Below are positions 48,592-58,702 of a DNA stretch of 64,000 bases, one piece after another. Both the position numbers and the translations under genes were made by a program. Numbering within the stretch: the stretch's first letter is position 1; each line of letters opens with the position of its first letter. The notes beneath the pieces were generated by a model. The model made no database searches and was not told the DNA's origin. It was given only the letters and a program-made list of their open reading frames with translations. The stretch is from a virus: the IMG/VR virus record IMGVR_UViG_3300022752_000023, positions 64,001 through 128,000 of that record. The stretch is one strand, 5' to 3'.

Positions 48592-51477
48592 TTACTTTCG
48601 CGGGATGATAGGATAGTTACCGTTGATGATCTTTGGCTTGTTGGGTTTGAATTCCGGTTTTTCGTATTCAGACGAAAGATTGGGTGCCGTGCCGCGAGAC
48701 TGGTCAATATAGCCGTCTTCAATCTGCACGATTTTGAAATCTTGTTCGACGTACGCTGGCTCAGAGTTAAGCCACTTGTCGCCGGGAAACGGAAAGGTTT
48801 TGCCGCACGACTTAGCGATAACTGGCCGCTCGGTCCATTTGTCGTCACTCTTTCCACCTAGCCGCGCCATTTGCTGCCACCGATCCTCGTAAAGCATGAA
48901 GTCTGGAATCTTGTAATCTTCGTCGCGCCGAAACGAGAACTCAATAACGTTAATAGTCTTATTGTTACCGGCGCGTTTTTCTTTGTACCAAAGTTCTTGT
49001 AGTTTTTGTTCGTCAATATCGTTGCCCACTTGTGGAACGTCGTTGTCGATGAGTTGTTCAAAAATATCGACGATTGTGCGGACCTGCGCGGCGCCGTCAT
49101 CGTCGAGCGGGCCGACGAGCGGAAAAGACATTTTGCCCGCACGTTCTGTCAGAATATGACCTTTACCAACTAAAATGTCTTTAGTGGTCATAATGTGTCC
49201 GCCAACAAAGACATCGCCGTCGGTACCAATCGGCCCGCAAAGCAGTGTTTGTTCTGACCGGAACATGTTTGCCTTATTTGTTCCGCCGATTTTTTGTCCG
49301 CCAAAAAAGTGATAAATTTCGCCGGCTTCTTTTAAATAGCTGTAAAAGTTTTGTGATTTTGTAATAAGGTCTTTTTCGCCCATAGCTGCGTCGAGCACGA
49401 TGTCGCCGGGTTTAATGTTGCCGCCACCCGTGCGCATATAAATCTGGTGCGCTAGCCCCACTACGTTCGAGTACGGCGCCCGAGCAACCACGCCAGCGAA
49501 CTTGATCTGGTCGCCGCACTGCTCGAAGTCGTACTCGATGGTTTTGCCGCGCGATTCCAGTAGAATGCCGCCCTCGCGATCTGACGTTTCGTTACCGGCG
49601 AACACCAGTACGTTGCGCTCGGCTTTGATGCGGACGTTCTTCTCTGTCGCGGATACGTCGACGCTTTTGTTTGCGCGCAGAATGACGTCGTTACCGCCCC
49701 ACGCTTGCACGTCGCGGCCGCCTTTGAGCCACACGTCGCCCGGGGCCGAAATGATTACACACCCGGCTACCATTCGGATCTCGCCGCCATATCCGTCACC
49801 AATGACTACGCCGCCGTCCTCAAGCAACGAGATATACGACTCTTGTTCGTAAAACTTCTGCTCGTTGTAGCGATGGTCGATCTTCCATTCTTTCGGCGTC
49901 GGCTCTTTTAGGTACATCGAGCCTTTGAGCTGACTAAACTCAGGAATCTTTTGATTAACGTCGGCGTAGCCTTCTTGCCGCAGTTCTTGCTCTTCCCACG
50001 TCTTGTAATCTTTTTCGTGCCAGTAGAACGGGTGTAAACCGGCGTAATTAAACAAGTAGCCGTGGAGATCTAGTACAGCCGTGGCGCGCTGCATGTTCGG
50101 CCACTTGCTGTCGGTGGTTTTGATATCACCGGTGATTTTATGGTCTGGGCCGCTGCCGTACATACTAGCGGCTTTATAGTTCGTTTCGGCGTCGTCACCT
50201 TCGCCAGACTCGGGTCTGCGGAGACGTTGCGGCATGGGCAGTAGAATGCGTTTAGATAACACAATGCCCTTAGACGACGTAATGAACCGCCGACCGTCCA
50301 ACGCAGTGTTGTCTTCTTGTAATCCGTATACGGGTTTTTCTTTGTGTTCTTTTTCTTTGCTGCCGCCACCGCAATCTGGCGTGAAACCGTCTTTGCCGCG
50401 AATACTAGATTCGTACGGTTTGATCGCTTCGCCTGCGTCCCCGGGTTTATACGTCCAGCGCTGCACGCCTTTCGGCGGCGCGTGCGTAATTGTGCGCGCG
50501 CCTTGGCCTAAATACCCAAAGAATTTTTGCGTGCGGTGATATGGCTGTTGAAACTCGTTTTTATTTTCCCAATGCGTGTAATAGGGCACGCCAAGCGGGC
50601 ACTGATAATCTTTCGGCTGAAACTCTTGCACCATCGGCATGCCGGGTTCAATCATTCCGGCGGCTTCCCACGGATACGGCGAGTACCCTGTGCTGTCATT
50701 GCACTCAGCCTGATCCATGTAGGAGTCGCGCTCGCTGCCGGCCGTCCAAACCTGCATGTTGTAACCAGCCACGCGCAACATCTGATCGTGGTAAAAACCG
50801 TACACGCCGCAAAACTCGTTAATCGAGGCGCGAAACATAAAGTCGTCGAGGGTAATGCCAGCGCCTGTGGTTGTCATGGCGCCCCACTCGCTGGCTAATG
50901 TGGCGTCCCACGGGCGCCAGCACGACCAGTCGACCATCTGACCGTTTAGCTTCTCTTTGATGTATTTTTTCTGACAGTCATCTACCCGTTTACGGCTAGC
51001 CTGCGAGATGTAGTCGTGATAGGCGCGCTTGCCGATATCTAAAACGCTCGGGACACAGCCAACGATATACGCCTGCCCAAGCCTGTCATGAATCATGACT
51101 ACAACGGGCGTACCGGGAGCGTACGTGTTAATAGCCGACGCCCCGAAACACACCTGACTCGTCGTTGAAAGCGCGGACGCAATAATCGGCGCGCGCGACT
51201 TCTCGACAAACACCTTGTAGCAATTGGCGATTGCCGTGCCGTCGACGATCAGACCGGTGCAGAGCCGGCCGGTGTCTTGAAAGCCGGCTTTATACCCGTG
51301 TAATTTAGAGAACGGGTCTGAGACAGCCTGCACCTGCGCGCCGTAAGCGGCTGTTCCGGTGCGGCTAGATGATAGTTTTTGTGCTACAAGCCGGGCGGCC
51401 TGTCCGAGATCGTAGGAATGTTGCTGCCCGGTTTGTGGTGTATTACTGACCGGTTTACCCGGCGGGGTAACTCCCAT
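48592..51477 (-). CDS. baseplate spike, gp5/VgrG-like
   Basis: OB-fold-like N-terminus (YAPGTPVVV..YIVG) and beta-helix-like SYISLLEDGGVVIGDGYGGEIRM..G.VIISAPGDVWL; start 51477 or 51492. Confidence 0.7.
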   Translation of the reverse strand: MGVTPPGKPVSNTPQTGQQHSYDLGQAARLVAQKLSSSRTGTAAYGAQVQAVSDPFSKLHGYKAGFQDTGRLCTGLIVDGTAIANCYKVFVEKSRAPIIASALSTTSQVCFGASAINTYAPGTPVVVMIHDRLGQAYIVGCVPSVLDIGKRAYHDYISQASRKRVDDCQKKYIKEKLNGQMVDWSCWRPWDATLASEWGAMTTTGAGITLDDFMFRASINEFCGVYGFYHDQMLRVAGYNMQVWTAGSERDSYMDQAECNDSTGYSPYPWEAAGMIEPGMPMVQEFQPKDYQCPLGVPYYTHWENKNEFQQPYHRTQKFFGYLGQGARTITHAPPKGVQRWTYKPGDAGEAIKPYESSIRGKDGFTPDCGGGSKEKEHKEKPVYGLQEDNTALDGRRFITSSKGIVLSKRILLPMPQRLRRPESGEGDDAETNYKAASMYGSGPDHKITGDIKTTDSKWPNMQRATAVLDLHGYLFNYAGLHPFYWHEKDYKTWEEQELRQEGYADVNQKIPEFSQLKGSMYLKEPTPKEWKIDHRYNEQKFYEQESYISLLEDGGVVIGDGYGGEIRMVAGCVIISAPGDVWLKGGRDVQAWGGNDVILRANKSVDVSATEKNVRIKAERNVLVFAGNETSDREGGILLESRGKTIEYDFEQCGDQIKFAGVVARAPYSNVVGLAHQIYMRTGGGNIKPGDIVLDAAMGEKDLITKSQNFYSYLKEAGEIYHFFGGQKIGGTNKANMFRSEQTLLCGPIGTDGDVFVGGHIMTTKDILVGKGHILTERAGKMSFPLVGPLDDDGAAQVRTIVDIFEQLIDNDVPQVGNDIDEQKLQELWYKEKRAGNNKTINVIEFSFRRDEDYKIPDFMLYEDRWQQMARLGGKSDDKWTERPVIAKSCGKTFPFPGDKWLNSEPAYVEQDFKIVQIEDGYIDQSRGTAPNLSSEYEKPEFKPNKPKIINGNYPIIPRK

Positions 51478-51541
51478 TTTATTTGCCACCAAATAGGTGT
51501 GGTTACGGGCATTACGCCCAAGGCTTTGCAGCCTAATACCA

Positions 51542-51576
51542 TAAGCGGCGGCTGCGTTTTGCGCAACCGCCGCTTA
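51542..51576 (-). terminator. probable terminator/stability hairpin after the tail tube gene
   Basis: 15-bp stem TAAGCGGCGGTTGCG/CGCAGCCGCCGCTTA; weak U tract. Confidence 0.55.
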
Positions 51577-51603
51577 CTTAATTGCCTATATTACCGACTA
51601 GAA

Positions 51604-52047
51604 TCACTCGTCTTCAAGATCCGAGAAGATGAAGCCGAGATTTTCCGTCAGCACAATTTCCTGCGCTGTAATGCTGGCGCCGATCGACGTGAGCGTGGCG
51701 TCAAGCATTGTGTACTTTCGCTTGGCTTTCGAGCACTTCGGTCCGCCGCGGCCGGTAGCGTTTAACACGAGCTTGTCGGGGGAGCACATGTTGCCAAACT
51801 TTTTAATGAGTTGACGCATGGCGGTGTTACCACCAACCACGCGACTCATCTGGCACTGGCCCTGACGCCGGTTACCGACGTAGTACACATTATTCGAACC
51901 AATCTCGTACAGCATGTTCACTGTGCGGTTGCACGTGAATTGAACCTGCTGTACAAGCACCGCCTTTTGGCCGCCCAGCGTAAGCTCTAAATCTTCCGCG
52001 CGGAACGAACCAACGTGCGTCTGCTTATTTCCGAAACTAGCTGGCAT
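51604..52047 (-). CDS. tail tube protein
   Basis: 147 aa directly after the sheath; R.V..LYEIGS motif. Confidence 0.8.
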   Translation of the reverse strand: MPASFGNKQTHVGSFRAEDLELTLGGQKAVLVQQVQFTCNRTVNMLYEIGSNNVYYVGNRRQGQCQMSRVVGGNTAMRQLIKKFGNMCSPDKLVLNATGRGGPKCSKAKRKYTMLDATLTSIGASITAQEIVLTENLGFIFSDLEDE

Positions 52048-52096
52048 AGCTCACCTAACCTTTGTTGTGTGTGTGCTTTACTTTTGGTTAATTCCG

Positions 52097-55000
52097 TCAG
52101 ACAACTAAATGCAGCTCAATGTTGTTGAGCGGCGCCGGGACAACAAGATCGAGCACAATTTCGATGCGATCCTTGAGCAGCGGATGAATCTGCAGCGTCC
52201 GAATCTCACCAGAAATCAGTTGCGAACCGAGTTCTTGCGTATTTCCGTTAGTCGAAAGGAAATCAATTACGTTACCCACTTCGTACTCAAGAACCGCAAG
52301 CATACCGGGCTGCGCGTTCGTGCGGCCGATATACGGACGCAGACGACGGTAGAACAGGTACGACATGCTGTCGACGTTGCGCCGGATCATTTCTTCGCGG
52401 CGGTTTAGGTCGAGATTGTCGGTCGTGAGCGCGTGCCGCGTGTGCGGGGTGCCGTCACGATCTTCAGTCACGATCCAGACGCCGGCCTCAGCCATGCGGT
52501 TAAGCTGGGTTTCGTTGAGGTACTTGTAAGAACGCGAGAAGTCGTCGAACCCGGCTACCTCTACGTTCGTCAGCGGCTGGTGGGGCACCACACCGGAGAC
52601 GAGACCGGCCAGCGCGGCCGCGAGGTAGTAACCGGGCTGGATCGTGCCGGCTTCGCCGACCTGATCCGGCCACACGGCGCACACGCGGCGGTTCGACAGC
52701 GAGCCGCCTTGCTGCGCAATGTCTTCAACAATCTCGTTGCGGTTGCGGTTATGCCAGATTTCGACGCGCTGCGGAACTGTAACCGCGGCGTCAGCGCCGG
52801 AGTACAGCAGCAGAGTCGATTCCGAAATAACTTGATCCACGACGTATTCTTCGTACTGCTCTTCGCCGAAACCGTCGACGGCGTAGTTATAACGAACGAT
52901 GTCGCCGGGGCGGACATCATTCGTGATAAAGTAGCCGTTGCCCGACGTAACGGTAAGCCGCGTATACTGCGTGTTCGTGGCGTTCGGGTCGTCGGCCAGC
53001 ACGGCAAGAACCGGCTCGTTAACCGTTTCGCCAAGTACACCTTCGATGCTGACGCCTTCACCAACAACCTTTACGGTCGGAACCGCCTTGAGGGCGAAGA
53101 AGCCGGCCTTCCAGTTGTTCGCGTACTCATTCGACTCGCCGCCGATGTGCGCAGCCCACAGGTTTTGAATCCTGCGGTCAAACGTCATCGGAACAAGGTT
53201 GTACAGATCGTCGCGACCCTTGATGCGCTCCAGCACCTGTACCCACTTGTCGAGATCCGGTCCGAGCGAGCGACCCTCTTCGTCGTACTTCTCGGGATCG
53301 GCGACGGCGGTGTACTTTACAACGGTGCCGTTGCTGTTGCTGAGCGCCTTGTAAACGCCCCACTTCAGCGGGTTATCGGGATCGAGCTGGCCCTTGATTT
53401 GATCGAGATCGGCGACGTCGCTGATCGAGTTGACCTGATCGGCCAGCTCGGACAGCCACTCACGATACTCGACGTAAACCTTGCCAGACATGACAGGCAG
53501 CGGCTGCTCGGCGCCGGCGCTTGTCCACTCGGGGTGGTAAGCAACGATGCCTTCTTGCACGCAGATCTGCGTATCTTCGTACCAGAAGTTGGTCATCGGG
53601 GCGTATCCGATCCGATTCTTCGAGATCTGGATATCGTCCTTGATGAACAGCTTGAGGTCCATGTCTTCGCCGCTGATCAGCTGGCAGGTTGCTGTGGCTG
53701 TAGTGCCTTCCTCGTCGCCCGGGGCGGCGATCGTGATCGTCGGGGCGGCGGTATAACCAGCGCCACGATTGGTCACGGTGATGGCAACAACCTTACCCGC
53801 GTTCTCACCTGTGCCGAGTACCGCAACACCTGTGGCAGTTTGATTCTGCACAAGGTTGCCTGTCGGCGCAGAGAACGTAACTGTCGGGGGCGTCACATAG
53901 CCGGAACCGGCGTTTGTGATGCTAACCGGACCAACCTTGTCGACCGGCGCGCCATCTTGTGTGAGCAGCGAGGTCGGAAGGTCGTCGCGCAGGATGAGCT
54001 TGCGCACCGGACCAGCCTTGCTCGAATTCACTGTGATGTACCACTTGTCACCCTTGCGCAGGCCGTCAACAGCGTAGTTATCTTCTTGATCGGTCGCGCC
54101 TGTGAAGCGAACCTTTACGCCGTTAGTGCCGATCGCTACGCCGACCGCGTTGAGGCCAACGCCGTCGCCGGTAACTTCTGTCGGGCCGGAGAAATCGAGA
54201 CCCTTGACCGTGCGCACCGTGATCTCGGGGAGCTGATCCCAGCGACCACCCTTGGTGCACTCGATGACGTAGGTGTCGTTCTTTGCGCCAACGTACTTGG
54301 CCAGAATGTCAACCGCGCCGTTGACGCCGTTCACAGACTCTTCGGTCTGGTAGGGGCCGTCGGCTTCCGATACCGCCTTGACCTTTTCATAGGTCTGGTG
54401 AATGTCGAACTTCCACTTCTGGCCAACGACGAAGTTGTCGTTGCCGGTCGTGGTGAAACGAACCGACAGGCCGCGCGTGCCGACAAAGGTCACGCCGTCA
54501 GCATCGTCGAAATCGTTCGGCTGGATTTCAGCCTGATCGTCGGTGCCGCTGGCCGAAGTGACACGCAGACGGGCAGCGTTGCAACCCGAAATTGTGCTCT
54601 TGATAACTTCGACAACGTACTCTTCTTCAACGTAGCCGTCGACGAGGCCGTCATAATCGTTGGCGCCTTCGTCTTCGGCTGTCAGCACCGTGACCGCAAC
54701 AGCGTTATCAACACCCTCGATCTGCGTGACGGTTACGTCAACGCCGTTCGGGCTGGTGGCTGTGTAGCTGTCTTGATTGTTAACGTCGGCTGTGGCGGGC
54801 AGGATGCGCGACGGAACAAGATCGCTCGCGAAACCTGTGACGTATGTCTCAAGCACGGTCTCTTCGCAATCGTTGTCCGCGCTTACAGTGCGAAGCTGCA
54901 CAACGTCGCCAAGCTGCACGTCGCGGTCGAGGAACGCACTCGAACGCGGATAAGCCGCGCCGTTCGACTTGAACGACAGCGTGCTGGACTGAATCCAGTT

Positions 55001-55324
55001 AGTCTTACCGGGAACAGCTGTGATCGTCGTGTCGCCTTCGCCCATGTTGTGGACGTAGTACTGCAGCATCGCGTCGTCAACGTAAACCTTTACATAAGGC
55101 AGGTCGACAACGGAGCCGGGTTTACGTTGCGGCCACGGATAGCATGTATCGTTGAGACGATCGTATTGACCGAGAAGCGAGTGCTGCTTCTCGTCTGTAT
55201 TACCATAGCGGTGAAGGATAGCGTGCGGACCAGCGATGTGGGCGCGCAGCGGCTCCGTGATCTCCGTGGGGACGATACGGAACTCTTGGAAAACGAGTAC
55301 TTGCGGTTTTACGTAGCTCGACAT
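52097..55324 (-). CDS. tail sheath protein
   Basis: 1075 aa; MSSYVKPQV.V.QE start, AAALAGL.SG..PHQPLTN, IRRNVD, PAPLNNIELHLVV end. Confidence 0.9.
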   Translation of the reverse strand: MSSYVKPQVLVFQEFRIVPTEITEPLRAHIAGPHAILHRYGNTDEKQHSLLGQYDRLNDTCYPWPQRKPGSVVDLPYVKVYVDDAMLQYYVHNMGEGDTTITAVPGKTNWIQSSTLSFKSNGAAYPRSSAFLDRDVQLGDVVQLRTVSADNDCEETVLETYVTGFASDLVPSRILPATADVNNQDSYTATSPNGVDVTVTQIEGVDNAVAVTVLTAEDEGANDYDGLVDGYVEEEYVVEVIKSTISGCNAARLRVTSASGTDDQAEIQPNDFDDADGVTFVGTRGLSVRFTTTGNDNFVVGQKWKFDIHQTYEKVKAVSEADGPYQTEESVNGVNGAVDILAKYVGAKNDTYVIECTKGGRWDQLPEITVRTVKGLDFSGPTEVTGDGVGLNAVGVAIGTNGVKVRFTGATDQEDNYAVDGLRKGDKWYITVNSSKAGPVRKLILRDDLPTSLLTQDGAPVDKVGPVSITNAGSGYVTPPTVTFSAPTGNLVQNQTATGVAVLGTGENAGKVVAITVTNRGAGYTAAPTITIAAPGDEEGTTATATCQLISGEDMDLKLFIKDDIQISKNRIGYAPMTNFWYEDTQICVQEGIVAYHPEWTSAGAEQPLPVMSGKVYVEYREWLSELADQVNSISDVADLDQIKGQLDPDNPLKWGVYKALSNSNGTVVKYTAVADPEKYDEEGRSLGPDLDKWVQVLERIKGRDDLYNLVPMTFDRRIQNLWAAHIGGESNEYANNWKAGFFALKAVPTVKVVGEGVSIEGVLGETVNEPVLAVLADDPNATNTQYTRLTVTSGNGYFITNDVRPGDIVRYNYAVDGFGEEQYEEYVVDQVISESTLLLYSGADAAVTVPQRVEIWHNRNRNEIVEDIAQQGGSLSNRRVCAVWPDQVGEAGTIQPGYYLAAALAGLVSGVVPHQPLTNVEVAGFDDFSRSYKYLNETQLNRMAEAGVWIVTEDRDGTPHTRHALTTDNLDLNRREEMIRRNVDSMSYLFYRRLRPYIGRTNAQPGMLAVLEYEVGNVIDFLSTNGNTQELGSQLISGEIRTLQIHPLLKDRIEIVLDLVVPAPLNNIELHLVV

Positions 55325-55331
55325 ACGTCTC

Positions 55332-55343
55332 GGCCTCCGTGCC
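55332..55343 (-). promoter_or_regulatory. CsrA-type RBS hairpin of the sheath gene
   Basis: GGC-ACGGAG-GCC. Confidence 0.55.
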
Positions 55344-55426
55344 TAAATTTACGTGTGTGCGGTAGGGCGTTCAGGTCGTAGTATACACAACTACGGGTTT
55401 GCAAAAAAAACACCCTTTGAAAATTC

Positions 55427-56137
55427 TTAACAAGACAATAAATCCGATGCCTTGAAGACAATCCGCTTTAGGCGCGGCGCATACGGCTGGAGCGACCAAG
55501 CTTCCTCGGCAACGTATGCAACAGTCACAGGGACGGCATATCCCTGAGCGACCTCTTGAACTTCTCCTATGCCGCCTACTTCGGCGACGTAAAAGCGAAA
55601 CAAATCCATTTGCTCTCGGATCAGCGGCGAGAAGTTGATTAAAAACTTCAACACCTCTGTCGCGAGAAATTCGGTTTCAGCGCCGGCAGAACTTAGGCAG
55701 TATATGGTGTGGCTGCCTTCCCACATGCCGGCGTAACTTACTTCTCCAGTATAGAGGTTCGCGCCTGCAATGTCACCAATAGTTTGTTTTTGCCAGCGCC
55801 ACCCATTTCGTTTAATAAGTATGGCCGGCCGTTTGTCCGCCGTGTTGGGCGACCACCGGGTAATACTTTCTATCAAAATCCCGCCTTTGTTGTCGCCGGC
55901 GTCGGCTGGGCGCCACGCGCCAAGCGTTTCTACGTGCCGCCGAATACGCGGTTCTTCTATATTTTGCGGGTCGGCGAAGTGGCCCATTAATAGCTGGCGT
56001 AAAAACCCAGTCATTACGTGCGGGCGCATCCCGTACGAACAGAGCGAACTAACCTTGTCGACACGGTTTTCCGGCTTGCTGCCCGCCGGAAATTGCGCCT
56101 CAATGTCCGGCGGATTCGGATCGTCGCAGGTACTCAC
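55427..56137 (-). CDS. tail terminator/completion-like protein
   Basis: RPAILIKR motif; directly upstream of the sheath gene. Confidence 0.65.
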   Translation of the reverse strand: MSTCDDPNPPDIEAQFPAGSKPENRVDKVSSLCSYGMRPHVMTGFLRQLLMGHFADPQNIEEPRIRRHVETLGAWRPADAGDNKGGILIESITRWSPNTADKRPAILIKRNGWRWQKQTIGDIAGANLYTGEVSYAGMWEGSHTIYCLSSAGAETEFLATEVLKFLINFSPLIREQMDLFRFYVAEVGGIGEVQEVAQGYAVPVTVAYVAEEAWSLQPYAPRLKRIVFKASDLLSC

Positions 56138-56252
56138 TGAGTTGTTCCTTTACCTTTTGGTCGTACACCTTGGCCGGAGCAGACAAATTTATCTTTGGCG
56201 GCGACAGCCTAATTTTGTCGAGTTTTGGTTCCGCAGGATTTTTGTTTGCCAT
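56100..56252 (-). CDS. 50-aa hypothetical protein (not in ORF track)
   Basis: TAATG coupling with the upstream stop; MANKNPAEPKLDKIRLSPPKINLSAPAKVYDQKVKEQLSEYLRRSESAGH fills the gap. Confidence 0.5.
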   Translation of the reverse strand: MANKNPAEPKLDKIRLSPPKINLSAPAKVYDQKVKEQLSEYLRRSESAGH

Positions 56253-57565
56253 TAGATATCCCAAAAACCATCTGGAGCGTTTTGCGGCGCGGGGTTATTT
56301 TCGCATACCGTAAAGTCGCCGTCGGTTGCTAATTTTTTATCGTCTTCGGTCATAATCAAAAATAAGTTGCCGGTTGTGGCTGCCGCCAACGGCAACGTCG
56401 GTACCCACTCGCACGTTTGCGGCGGGGCAGTGGAGATAACGTTAACAAAATCAACATTTGGACCGTACTCACCTAACTTCTCGTATACGATAGCATAATT
56501 GCCGGGGTCTAGCGCGATAGACTGCGCCCATCGCCCGTTCGCGGTAGTCGACGTAACGCCTAGCGCAAGATTTTTGGGCGTGTCAAAACCACTAACGTCA
56601 AATACGTCTTTGGCGTAAATATGAATTGTGGCTCCGTGAATCGGACACCCGTCTTCGGTTTTGTAAACAAACCTATCGTTACCACCGTAGTTTTGATCTA
56701 CCGGTACGGCACCGCAGCCCTCGATGGGTAGTGTGGGTCCGGTGCGTTCCGCGGGTTCGCCGCCAACTTCAATCGCGTATGCCGTATTGCTGAACGGCAA
56801 CAGACCCATTTTGATCTGATAGACGAGCGGCACGTTACGAATAGCGGCGGCAATTTGAATTGTTTCTACCAGCCAGCGTTCGTCGCTAGAGCCGTTGACC
56901 CAGATGTCGTTTTTGTTAATAGCCGGAAAACCGATGACGCGCGCAGTGATGTACGGATTTTCTCGCGTGATTCCTTTTAATTGCGCGTCGACGCCTTCTT
57001 GAATTGTCTGCGTCGAGAGATCCCAGCACTGCAACGCCAACGGTGGATGATAGCCGACTTCAAAACCGGTGCCGTTGCAAACCGGGCAATCCGAGTCGAG
57101 CACTTCTTGCGTTAGCTGGTCGCGGCAGCGGGTGCACGGCTTACCGAATCGAAACGGCTTTAACAGGTAACCCGGCACCGCGACGTATTTAAACCGCAGC
57201 TGTTCTTTACGGATAATTTCGCGCGCAATCACCCAGTCTTTTTCTGGAAGATCGCCGTAACAATTTGCGGCCTGTGAAACGTAAACACTAGTCGGCGTTG
57301 TTAAAACAACGCGATAGTGATCAAGCAAATCGTATCCGGCTTCGCGCCAGTCAGAATCGTAGGCGTTGTAGCCGTTGACCACTGGCGGGCCGATGTTCAC
57401 CCAGTCAGCCGAGTCCCGAAGACCCGTTTTGCCGAGCTGCAGTTGAAAGACGTACGGTCCCGGATCGTTAAACGTACGCTCTAGCTGCCACCAAACACGG
57501 GTAGTGCCGCGAACCATATGATCCACGGACACGCGGCGAAACGGAAAAATGCGGGACTGTGGCAT
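56252..57565 (-). CDS. neck/head-closure-like protein with zinc ribbon
   Basis: CTRC..CPVCNGTGF..GY motif; position between head and tail genes. Confidence 0.65.
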   Translation of the reverse strand: MPQSRIFPFRRVSVDHMVRGTTRVWWQLERTFNDPGPYVFQLQLGKTGLRDSADWVNIGPPVVNGYNAYDSDWREAGYDLLDHYRVVLTTPTSVYVSQAANCYGDLPEKDWVIAREIIRKEQLRFKYVAVPGYLLKPFRFGKPCTRCRDQLTQEVLDSDCPVCNGTGFEVGYHPPLALQCWDLSTQTIQEGVDAQLKGITRENPYITARVIGFPAINKNDIWVNGSSDERWLVETIQIAAAIRNVPLVYQIKMGLLPFSNTAYAIEVGGEPAERTGPTLPIEGCGAVPVDQNYGGNDRFVYKTEDGCPIHGATIHIYAKDVFDVSGFDTPKNLALGVTSTTANGRWAQSIALDPGNYAIVYEKLGEYGPNVDFVNVISTAPPQTCEWVPTLPLAAATTGNLFLIMTEDDKKLATDGDFTVCENNPAPQNAPDGFWDI

Positions 57566-57617
57566 TGATGTTTTGAGCGGTTTGACCTAAAAAACTTGTG
57601 TAAATGCCAACATCTTA

Positions 57618-58610
57618 TCAATAGCGAATCCGCAGCGCGTCGGTATAAGCCGAGTACTTATACGTAGACGACACCTCGCCGTAGCCACCTTCGAGGTTAA
57701 TACTGGCCTTCGTGGCGCGTACCCACTCGCGATACGCCTGCCACCGTGCCTGCCCCGCGCGCTCATAGCTCGCTTCTTTGTTCTGATCGTTCACAGACAG
57801 CCCCGCCGCCGAATAGTCGAACTGGTTGCGGCGGAATTGCTCAGCCACCATCATGAATAGGTTGGCGCAGATCCCCTCCAGCCAGTGATATCTAAACGGA
57901 AAAGACTGCGTGTTGTATACGGCGTCGATCGGCGGCGGGACTTCGTTCCAGTACATGACAGGGCGCGCAATCGCCAGCGCAATCTCGGCGTCGTCAAACA
58001 TTAAGTTATCAAGCAAAAAGCTCTCGCCCGGAGCCGAGTCCCGAAGATGTAGCCGAATCTCCGCAATGCTGGGCGGACCTCCGGGTTGATTAACGCTGGA
58101 GAACGTACTGCGCGCAATCACCACAGAAAACGTGTTCGAAAAGATCACGCACGGCTGATTACTGCTTTGCGCCGGAACGCTTACAAGCGCCATCTCGCCG
58201 TAATAGACACCCGGCACGCTCGTGGCGTTACTGGACAATGCAACGGCTACTTTGCCGGTTTCCGGCGCTACGATTGTGGCTTCCACCTCGACCGGCGGAT
58301 TTTGGTTGCCCAGAGAAAGCTGTTCTTTCAGGCGCAACACGACTTTGAAGTCTTGCGCATTCGTGCAGGCCGTAAGGCTGACCGGCCGGCCTTCGCGGTC
58401 GTGCATTGTCCACTCGATCGTGGCGCACTGACCCTGCGTCAGCGTAATAGCGCGCATCCGCGTTAGGATCGGCTGACCATTGATGCCCGAGATTGGGGCG
58501 CTAACTACGTTCTGCCCGCCGCACGAAACTGGCGTAATTGCTTGTCCGTTTGTATTGCCGTTGCAACACGGCACAATCGGGTGTTCGGCGGGTGTGGCGA
58601 TGACGACCAT
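57618..58610 (-). CDS. head-tail adaptor-like protein with N-terminal Ig/BppU-like domain
   Basis: EIRLHLRD....FLLD...FDD.EI..AI...WNEVPP; synteny. Confidence 0.65.
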   Translation of the reverse strand: MVVIATPAEHPIVPCCNGNTNGQAITPVSCGGQNVVSAPISGINGQPILTRMRAITLTQGQCATIEWTMHDREGRPVSLTACTNAQDFKVVLRLKEQLSLGNQNPPVEVEATIVAPETGKVAVALSSNATSVPGVYYGEMALVSVPAQSSNQPCVIFSNTFSVVIARSTFSSVNQPGGPPSIAEIRLHLRDSAPGESFLLDNLMFDDAEIALAIARPVMYWNEVPPPIDAVYNTQSFPFRYHWLEGICANLFMMVAEQFRRNQFDYSAAGLSVNDQNKEASYERAGQARWQAYREWVRATKASINLEGGYGEVSSTYKYSAYTDALRIRY

Positions 58611-58629
58611 GTGAACCTCCGTGTTACAC
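58611..58629 (-). promoter_or_regulatory. CsrA-type RBS hairpin, with TATAAT at 58634-58639 just upstream
   Basis: GUG-U-AAC-ACGGAG-GUU-CAC. Confidence 0.55.
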
Positions 58630-58639
58630 CGTCATTATA

Positions 58640-58676
58640 AAGAAAAACGGCTGGCCGCTTACGCAGCCAGCCGTTT
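58640..58676 (-). terminator. Rho-independent terminator ending the capsid operon
   Basis: CGGCTGGCTGC-GTAA-GCGGCCAGCCG followed by TTTTTCTT. Confidence 0.8.
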
Positions 58677-58702
58677 AGAGAGAAGTCAGAAGAGGTTAAA
58701 GC

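Noticed and set aside
36014-55324. Contractile injection system or tailocin instead of a phage
   Set aside because: Terminase, protease, scaffold and capsid genes are present
52433-55381. 982-aa + strand ORF
   Set aside because: Antisense shadow of the strongly codon-biased sheath gene; no SD or recognisable motifs
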